Shown here: positions 54,822-64,000 of the stretch, one piece after another | Position numbering within the stretch: position 1 is the first letter of the stretch | Layout of the letters: each line of letters starts with the position of its first letter | From: Bigelowiella natans CCMP2755 | Taxonomy: Eukaryota; Protista; Cercozoa | Length of the DNA: 64,000 bases | Assembly: GCA_000320545.1 (NCBI GenBank) | Contig: ADNK01002758.1 | Span: 62,001 to 126,000 of the forward strand | Direction: 5' to 3' | Notes under the pieces: generated by a model | What the model saw: only the letters and a program-made list of their open reading frames with translations | Databases searched by the model: none | What the model was told of the DNA's origin: nothing | Translations under genes and position numbers: made by a program

Positions 54822-55986
54822 GAGACGCAAACATAAATGTTGTACGCTCGTCCGTCATTTTTAGGAGGTATTGAGCGATGAAAAGATCGAGAAGGTTGCC
54901 AATGAGCTGGTAGAGAAGGGAGGGCTCCCAGGAGCCTGTTGCGGCATCATCATTATGGACAAGAAATCGCTTATAACCACGATTCGACTGGGATGTGCAG
55001 GTAAGAGACAGGCAGATGCGAGGAAGAATTTCGTTGAAGAGGGCGACAAATGGCACCTAGGAAGCTGCACTAAAGCTATCACAGCAACTATCGTTGCACG
55101 CTTCATTTCAGAGGGTGCCTACGGGTACTATATGTCCAAAAATTACTTATTCGAACGTTGTCCTTAATTCTGGGAGCGATAGATACACAAATTATGACTT
55201 TTTCATTCGACAATACAAAAGGTCTTGGGAACAAAATCAATGCTAACAAAAAGCTTGCTCTTACTTTGTTTGATGCTTTTATGATTCGCTTAGTCCCTTT
55301 CACTGTTGTCCCCACTACTTTAACCATACTTCTTACAAATTCCTATTATATTTCCTATCCTGAAACAAATGAAGATGAGAATCATATGACCTACGACTAT
55401 TTTAGATTTACATGGGAGACGACAATCAGTCAGAGCTTGGGCAAAAAATTGAAGGGGGTGCATAGGGGTTATCACAACTGCTCACTACTTAATCTTATGA
55501 CGCATACTTCAGGAATCGCCGCACATCCTGGGTAGTGTTAGTATCCCTGCCATAATCCGCAAAAAATATGTTTGCTTCAGAGTATGAATCTTTCGAAATA
55601 AATTTGTGTTTGAGTCCATGAGAGGAGTATGTGATAACAGCGCAACTTTTGAATTAAGTCGTGTGAAAGTGTTAAGTCACTTCTTCATCGAGGATGCTAT
55701 TCGCTACTACTGCCGATAAATTCATGATAAATACATAAAGCTTGATTCTTCTTGTTCAGGAACCATGTATGGACAACTGCGTGGGGAATGACGGAGCTCA
55801 ATCCCATGATACAGCGACACAAGTACGCAACGGCCATACTGTCGCAGAGACCCGTCAAGGCCATCGGGCAGTACCTTTATTCCAACTCAAACTACGCGGT
55901 TCTTGGATGCATTCTTGAGGAGGTTTCAGGCCATTCATTTGAAGAACTCGTCATGAGCCTCATTGCGAAGCCTCTTGGTTCGAACC

Positions 55987-56047
<61 letters not shown>

Positions 56048-57058
56048 AGTCTAGTTAACTAGGGACATGACAATCGCACGTTATATGTTGTATCTAGACT
56101 ATTATCCTTATCCTTATTTTTCCCGCCAATAACTATGCACGACTACTGCTGTTGTTGGTTTATTTTCCCAACATCACAATCGTTCGCTATACCTACCTGT
56201 CTGACTGTGTGCTGCTTCATTATCGTGCAACATGGATGATCATCCTGTCAGGAATCAGCACCGTAGGCATCGGACCAGCTGGGTCGAAGGAAAAGGATAA
56301 GGCAAAGGCGAAGGCCAATCCGTGGGGCCACGATGCACATCAAAACCCTCAAGATCCGCACAGAATCCAATCAGATAACCCTGAAGCCATTGCTCCAGCA
56401 GGAAAGCTACACATGTCTATGGGAGATTGGGGAAGGTTTGTGTCTGTCCACATGCATCCAAAGCTTCTACATCGCCTCGTATCCTATGACGGGGAAGACA
56501 ACGTTTCTAGTGAAGACAAAGGCCCTTTCAACGTTCTACATCAGCCACTATCCAGTCGTCCCCAAGCGTAAGTAGATTGAGTTATTGATGTCATCATTCT
56601 CATTCGTCGAGTCATGCACGATGATTCGGTTCTAGACTATGCTGCTTACACCCACATACAGATGCAAATAAGTTGCAATTTTGAGGTGTCTTGTTCTTCT
56701 TGTAATAAACACAACCTTGTGTTGCTGATATTTTGTTAGATATGCATGCGGGTGGCTTGTAAGCAAGTACACGTGGGCAGGTAATGTGCCGGTACTTGAA
56801 CATTCAGGAAGCAATACGATGAATTACTGCAAAGTTTTGGTTTCTCCAGAGAAAGGCTTTGCAGTCATGATCGCATGCAACATTGGCGGGAAAACAGCGA
56901 AAGTACCTTCCCGGCGTGCACAGGAGCAATTAATCAAAATAGCACGGAACTATTTGCGTCGTACTTCTCATTCATCTGGCCATCGTTCCTCTCACCATGA
57001 CCACCACCATCATCATCACCACCACCACTATCATCACCATCCCGAGGGGACCAAGTGA
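54532..57058 (+). CDS. Serine hydrolase of the beta-lactamase class C / penicillin-binding-protein-like family
   Basis: SxxK motif WHLGSCTKAITA; LLNLMTHTSGI; YxN motif YLYSNSNYAVLG; IAKPLG; PAGKLHMSMGDWGRF; YACGW...LEHSGSNT triad. Starts MGNHSGK and has a His-rich tail. About 6 exons. Confidence 0.9.
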
Positions 57059-57239
57059 TCACTATCATTGATTTATTTGTATGCGATCTGCGGCTGCCAT
57101 GCATGGGTTATATGTGCCGGAAAAAGTACGGTTACAATTGGAGAAATTGCTGGATTTTATTCTTTTGCGGTTGCTTCATAGATGTATCGAGCAAAAGTAT
57201 ACGATTTTGCAGCGCATGGATGGATGGAAAAACAAAATT

Positions 57240-57700
57240 CCATCTCAAGCATGCTAGCATGTCTAGATTATATCTCTTGCTAGCTTGAACAAAAATAACT
57301 AGCAACCAGTGCTTTATTAATGTTCTCGAGTTCTGGATTTTGTAGATTAGCGCACGTGGCTGCGTGATGGTCATGCATGTCTAGATTTATATAGCTAAGC
57401 ACGCCTCAAGCACCTATCAGCTATCTAAACGTGTCTAGTTGCTTTTGGCGCATCGCATCGCGGCTGCTATCTATCTATATAGCTCTTTTACTAGTTTAGT
57501 CTAAACCACAAACTTCCATGCTGCGGTGCGTATCTCGATCAAAGTTAGAAAGGCCGCGCGCATGCTTTTCTAGATTCTTAGCCGCATGTTGCAATCAAGG
57601 GGAGAGAAAGTTACAAATACAAAGTGCTCGGAGCCGCCTTCTAGCCTGGGCTGTCAGCTAGTCGGATTTTTTACTTTTATTAAACATTGCTAGCATGCAG
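57240..57700. other. CTAG/CATG-rich intergenic island 6 (convergent gap)
   Basis: CATGCTAGCATG at 57250 and repeated atgtctagat/gctagc between the stops at 57058 (+) and ~57885 (-). Confidence 0.7.
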
Positions 57701-57884
57701 TTGCGCTTCCATATTCATCACAACCTCAAAAGCTTCGATACCGCTGTGAATGTTTCTTTCTTTTACTCTATTCGAACCGAAGAGAGGGGGCAAACTAGTT
57801 ACGCTAGAAGCGCCATCGTTCTGCCATAAGAGTCACATAGTAAAAATCAAAACTAAAAACTGATAACTTTAACATTAGTGATGC

Positions 57885-58898
57885 TTAGGGGGCAACGATC
57901 TGGTGTTTATCCAATATTATCTCTTTTGAATGATGGTTTACATAATTATTACCCGTAAAGAACGAATAACATAAGTTTGCGCCTTTGTTCGATTATACTA
58001 TCACCCTTCATATTCTAAGAAGATTTATAATGTATAAGTAGTGGTATTGGTGATTCACATTGACGATATTAATTTTGCTTGTGAGTTGGGATAGTGACGG
58101 TAAAGACGAATTCAGAAGAGCAAGCTAGAAGCATGAATACGATTGAAATCACCTTAAGCCCTAAATTTTTGATAGCTTGTGTGAGGTGCTTTTGGTTCAT
58201 TTTCGCAACTCCGTCCTCACTGAGAGAAACCTGCGTCATAGTCAACGGGTGGTGTGCAATTCTAAAGTGGGTACTACTGGATGCAGATTCTCTTTGAAAA
58301 GGGCTGTTACGAATAAATTACTGTTGAAGCATAAAGTTTTCTTGCTTTTGGGTACTTCAGCGAAGTCATTCCTAAAAGCAGCATCCGTTCAGTGCATGAA
58401 TGAATCAATACTTAGCTGAACAAATAATAATATCAATGTATCAGTGACGTGATTATCCTTCTAGACATTTTCATTATCACAATTTTTATCACTGATAGCA
58501 CCGATGACCTTCCTTGAACGTTCCCTTCTCGGTCTTACTCCAATTATTTTTAATATTGAAAAACCCTGAAGAAGTAGTAGTGCATCGGGGACATCATACA
58601 TGATGACCAAAAGTGGAACAAATTTAGAGCAGAATGAACTGAGAGCGAGAGAAAATACATACGTCGGTAAATAATATAGCGGATAAAAAAAAGTCGGGGG
58701 AGTCCGTCTCCTTCTTTTTCCTACGCCTCCTCCCCCTCCCCCTAACCGCTATTTTTCTCTCTCCCTGCGTGTGTATGGTTTTCCTTGGAGTAATTACTAT
58801 GTCCGTTTTTCTTCGCCGTTTCGATTGTCTTTGATTATCAAAGTCAAAGTCAATATATAAATAGATGCCAAACTCTCTCTTTTTCTCTATCACACTAT

Positions 58899-58951
<53 letters not shown>

Positions 58952-59866
58952 ACAGATTACGCCTATACTTCAGAAAAACATAAAAGTGATCTGATCGACA
59001 ATGGGGCTAACCCACTTCTACTAGCACAAAACTGCTGTTAGACTACCTTGCGAAGCTTCTCAAAATGTGCGGCTTGCATCTGTTCTTTATTGTTCCGCTG
59101 CTCCAACGCCTGTTTACGCTTCTCCTGCTCTTCTATCGACCGGGATTGTATCACCTAATGATGATAGTAATGGTAATCACGATAATAACGGTGAGAAAAG
59201 GGGCGGAGAAGAGTGTATGATATTATTGAATTCTACTACTACAGATTCTTCGGATGGTAGATAGCACCATCATCGTTTTTGTGGTTTAAGTATTGGTGAT
59301 CGATCATTCTCTCAAAAGAGTGACTTGACTTGACTACCCGTTCCACCATGTTGTTGAGGGTCACACTTGGAATTATGGGCAAACTCACCTAAATTGATGG
59401 CACGAGGTATAAAGAAGGATTCAGAAAAGGAACCCCCTTTCCACTTAGGGGAGGAGGAGAGGAGGGAGGAATAGAAGAGGGAGTGACGTTATAGGAGGTA
59501 ACATGCACTTCAAACTCTATCGATTTGGAGCGGAAAGAAGGTCAGGTTCCCTCTACTCATTATGTTTGTTGCTTGAGGTCGAATTAGAACGTAAGACACC
59601 TTCTTCCGGCAATGAGGGCACTCATCTCTACGGTTTAAATATTCCGTTATGCAGTCTTCGCAAAATGAATGCGAGCATGGCAGTGTGCAAGCCTTCATGA
59701 ACATGCTGCAGCAAATGCTGATCAAGTAATGGAAGAAACAGTAGCAAATGGCGAGTTAGAAAAAAATGTTGCACCGTCTTTTTTCAACAATTCTTGTTCA
59801 TAAAAATAGCAATATCTATGTATTACGAATACACTTAGATTATGTGTATATATGCGACCAGTTGAT

Positions 59867-59942
<76 letters not shown>

Positions 59943-61851
59943 TATATAAATATGTTATAACAATGTTGGTAAGTGAATATGGGGAAGGCAGAACCAGCAT
60001 TCCAATTCCTCTTCCATGCTCTCGTCTAAGTGCTGCCTGATGGGGTATGTCGTAAATATGACGATGATAATGAAGTATGATAGTGGTACGATAAATAATA
60101 TAGTCACGACCTCATTTTTTCTAACTCTTGCTTCGCTTTTGTGCCGTCCTTTACCTGCAAAGTTCCGATAGATTCTGGTTTAGATGAACTGCACTACAGG
60201 ACGGCACATACGGAGCAAATCCATTGAACTTGTATTCAGCGCAGGCAAGAACTAAAAACATGTGTAACCTTTGAATTTAATGCCTCTATTTCTTTTTTCA
60301 GCTTCAAGGCCTCTTCCTCTCGGATCCTACTCACATGATACCGAATACAATTATGAAACACGCCTTTCATTTCTTTGATAAGTCTTTATTTCTGATGCCT
60401 ACATCTGTTTGTATTCCACTCACTATTCATCGCAGACCGTAAAATAGCGTCCTGTTGTTGACGCTCTTGCTCTCTCTTTTTGTTTAGTTCTTCGAGAGAT
60501 TTCTGGAGCTTCTCCGATAGTTCCTTCTCCTTTTCCTCAGTAGCCTTGCGTTGCTTCTCTTCAACTATCCTTTTCTCTTTTGCTATTTGCTCCTCTTTAG
60601 CCTTCGCTTCTTCACGTATTCGAGTTATTTCTTCTTGTGCCTTTTGGTATCTTCTTTGTTCAGCCAACCGCTCCTGACAACGTTCGGTCTCCAGTTTCTT
60701 TAATCGCTTCTTATATTCCTTTTCATACACAAAGATGATGGTATCTTCGAGTGCTCGATAGGTTGGGTACAGTGGATGAAATACCGTGTCCTCATGTTGG
60801 AATTTCCTTTTTAAACCAGCGATTTGCTGTTCTTTCTCCTGCAACAGGGCAAATTCTCAGACAAATACTGTAGCACTGGGGTTTATCTCCTACTTCCTGC
60901 ATAAGTCCTAGCAAAACTAAAACCCCATGAAATGCCGCACCTACCATTTCTTTCTCCTTTCGTATTCTCTCGACTTCCTCCTGTACAAGCTTCTCTTTTT
61001 CAGCACGAATACGTTCAATCTCATCTTTTGAAGCCAGACTTTCAACCTACTCTCCCGATGCACGGCAGGGGTTGCAGATGAAGAAAACAAGTAAATCCTT
61101 GCTTGTCTAATCCATGCTTGTATAATGAGAAGTAACAATCCCAACCCCGACCCATTACAACTGTAGCTTTTTAACCGACCTCGTATTTATAAACGAATTC
61201 GGAGGAACTCATATTCACCCCAAAAATAATGATATCCCCGGAACTGTATTAGTGAGAAGGGGGGTTATTAAGTAAAGGAGGGAGAGAAAAGGAAATAATG
61301 AAATGTAAGAATGACAATGTAAATATATGAAGTTTCATCAAAGTACACGTACAAGACTAGCACGAGCCAACCTCAATGTCTGCGGTTCTTGTTTCGGGAT
61401 CCTTTCAGAGTTTAGATAAACCCTGTAAATTGGGTGGTTACGTGAGTCGTATATATATATAATTTTCCTGACACCTGGTAAACGTAATGGCGGTGATGAC
61501 GTGGAAAACCGTGAAGAGTAACTACCCATTGGTGCTATTGTTGTCGATGATGAACCATTTTCCTTCGTCGTACTTGAAACGAGCATGGTTCCGAGAAATC
61601 ATATTTTTTGTGACTCGTGAATCAAGCACGTAATCGTTTGTTCTGGGATCCCTTCCCACCTTCACAACGTCACATTTGCGTGGATCTGGACGGAAGATTA
61701 AATGAGAAATGGATAGGCTTCAAAACGGCAAGTCTAGATTAAGAAAATAGTCGATCAACGCCTCAACTTAAACCGGCCTTTCCGGCAGTATGTGTTAAAC
61801 GCAGACTACTATTTGCTACTACCGAGGATCATCTGCCGTGCAATCCCCCAT
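57885..61851 (-). CDS. FHA - coiled coil - C3HC4 RING E3 ubiquitin ligase (RNF8/CHFR-like architecture)
   Basis: FHA: VKVGRDPRTNDYVLDSRVTKNMISRNHARFKYDEGKWFIIDNNSTNG|VYLNSERI...GDIIIFG. Coiled coil in ORF 60386-60844. RING: CSIC...ACTLPCSHSFCEDCITEYLNRRDECPHCRKK, then PSVTLNNMV. Further small exons run to a probable stop at ~57885. Both ends are approximate. Confidence 0.85.
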
Positions 61852-62306
61852 GAGTTCCTCGAAGTCTGCTTTAGCAGAGTTCCGATGTTGATCATGTTAT
61901 TTCAAAGGATAGAATAGAGCAGGGGTTCGATGAGGGCATCGATAGAGCCCGAGGGAGGCGCGTGCTGGGAGGTGCGATGAAGTATGTTTGGGAAGACGAA
62001 GTTCTTCCCGCGTTAAATTCCATTCCTTTTACAAAGGAAATCCTCTACTTCGGTGCGAAAACGACAACAACAACGACAACAACAACAAAGAGTTCTGCTA
62101 AAATTAAATCGGTCCTACTACTTGCGAGGAAGGAACTAAAGGATGGGAAGCTGCCATCATTTATGACCATTGTTCATCGGTATAATCACCTACCAAAATA
62201 ATACTTAGCTGCACAACAACAACAACAACAGCAACAATAAACAATGGCAGCAACAACAATCGCAACAACAACAATAGCAACAACAACCTTCTGCAACCAG
62301 TTCCGG

Positions 62307-64000
62307 ATGCCCCCCCCTGAAAGTCGCAGCCGCAGCCGTAGCCGTAGTCAGAGCCGTCGCCGCCGTCGCCACCGCCGCCGAAGCGATCGTGACCAACAGC
62401 GTCGCCGGTATGAAAGCGACTCGAGCAACAGTCCGAGACGGAGCAGCCAAAGGAGAAGGGGAGAGAGGAGGTAGTCTCTGTGCATTACCGACCGAATGGG
62501 AAATAATTCTCTCTTAAACAGGAAGAGAAGCCGCGAGGATCCAAGGTTCTCCTCTAGTAGAAGGAGAAGGAGAAGAAATCACGAGGCGAGACCCGCAGAC
62601 AAATCCAGAAGAAATACAACATCGCGGGGAGGGTTTATTGCTTTCAGAGAGGCGGCCACTCAGGCAGAACCAAGCGAAGATGCACAGACGCATTCTATGC
62701 AGGGAAGAACACCATCGTCCTCCTGTGAAAAGAGTAAGTTTTTGAGCGAATACGAGAAGAATGAGCTTCAGCGACGAAGCGACTTGAGGAAACGGTACAT
62801 CATTACCTGACCATACCATCACGATTAGGAACATTATTGGACCTGATAACCCCCTTCCTATTCCGTCATCCTCCTTTTCCCACTCAATCAGGATACGAGA
62901 TAAATTATCCAAGAAGTCGACGACAACTTCTCCGCCGTCAACAGTGGATTCTACTTTGCAAAGAATGCTGAAAAGCTCTCATGACGAGATCAAACACGTG
63001 TGTCTCAATTCGAATGTCCCTCTCACAAAGCTCCGAGAATTATATTAACTCTGTATTGTCAATACAGGTAGCCTCAAAGGACGCTAGTTTGACAAAGGTT
63101 GTTTTTAAATCGCTGCAAGATGATGAGGAGGACATGAAGAACAGAAACTATTGCGTTTCTTTGACAGAACTGCGCCAAAAATTTGATAGGTAAGTAAAAA
63201 TTAGAAGGATTGTTTTCAATGAGATATGACAGAGGCGCGATCTTTTTGCTTAGGGATGAGAGGTACAAGTCGATGATAAAAGAAGTGGAAAGTGAAGGAA
63301 TTGAATCTTTAGCGGACAAGTTCCAGCCTTCTAGTACGAAATCGCAACATCAGGTTAAGACTCTGAATTACAGCTTTGCTGTCGAATCTTAAACTTGTGA
63401 TGACCTTTAATTTCTGGTGACAATATACATCTAAGAATAAATATGCATATTTTTTACATTAGGACACTTTGGTGGATGATGCCCATTGTGATGCCATCTT
63501 TGGGAACCCATTCCTCACTGAGGAAAAACTGCGAGGAGGGACTGGAAGTGAAGATCTCACCGGTCGCCAAGGAAAGCGAACGGAGGCAAAACCAAAGCCA
63601 CAGCATACTAGTGGTAAAACAGGGAAACTGCATCTTCGACAGCATGGTCGGTTTAGACGCGCGGGTCTTGGATCGATATCGGACCAACAGGTCTGAAAAA
63701 GTTTTATGGGATCGCAAGCGATCGTAATCATCGTCATGTGTGTTTCTCTCATTTCATTATTTCATTATTGTGGTATCTGGTTTTGCATGGTCAACAATGT
63801 TGTTGTATACTATAGATTTCGCGATTGCAGACTGAGGAAGAACGATGGGCAGAGGAAAGGGAGCGTAGCTGGAAGGCGTCAAAAAACAACGACGATGACT
63901 CTGACTCAGATAGCAGCTGGGGAACCAACGGCAGTTGTGATTCACAGAAATACGTAGATATTGAAAGGAGAAAGTACACACAAGATCTTCGTGCTGAACC
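62307..64000 (+). CDS. Arg/Ser-rich protein (possibly RSRC1/SRrp53-like); 3' end uncertain
   Basis: MPPPESRSRSRSRSQSRRRRRHRRRSDRD... followed by exons VASKDASLTKVVF..., IKEVESEGIESLADKFQPSS and AHCDAIFGNP. The family call is weak. Confidence 0.6.

Larger units (their letters stand above)
1754..60000. repeat. Very numerous intronic microsatellites: (CA)n, (GA)n, (TA)n, (GTA/TAC)n, (CAT/GAT)n, (CAA)n, (CTT)n
   Basis: Examples: 1968-2044 (TG), 2334-2372 (GA), 2643-2704 (TAG), 13819-13897 (CAA), 14385-14460 (TGA), 20724-20762 (TA), 46541-46582 (AG), 55988-56045 (TA then GA). The span given is the range over which they occur, not a single element. Confidence 0.95.

Noticed and set aside
1-64000. 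tRNA or rRNA genes
   Set aside because: None recognised by eye. A tRNAscan-SE/Infernal run would be needed to exclude small RNAs.

Overview
Eukaryotic (protist-like) genomic DNA with GT-AG introns packed with microsatellites. The ORF track is mostly microsatellite noise, so genes were reconstructed by hand from spliced exons. I find 14 protein-coding genes in strictly alternating orientation: degenerate zf-PARP protein (-, partial), coiled-coil protein (+), UBA-MINDY3/4-ZnF deubiquitinase (-), PIP5K-family kinase (+), secreted 2xDOMON-Hint/Hog protein (-), a micro-exon EF-hand/Cys-rich TM protein absent from the ORF track (+), DH-PH-CRIB-STE20 kinase (-), hypothetical (+), low-complexity repeat protein (-), SLC18-like MFS transporter (+), TIM21/Coa1-like mitochondrial protein (-), bacterial-type serine beta-lactamase-family hydrolase (+), FHA-RING E3 ligase (-) and RS-rich protein (+, partial). 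The most striking non-genic signal is that all six convergent (3'-3') gaps, and none of the divergent gaps, contain an island where TpA is depleted except inside CTAG/TAG, while CTAG, CATG and TGCA are enriched. The largest island holds Ty1/copia relic motifs with a Tyr->His (TAT->CAT) change. This suggests a targeted TpA->TpG/CpA hypermutation process, the opposite direction to fungal RIP. Exon boundaries are manual and need RNA confirmation. The organism cannot be established from this window.
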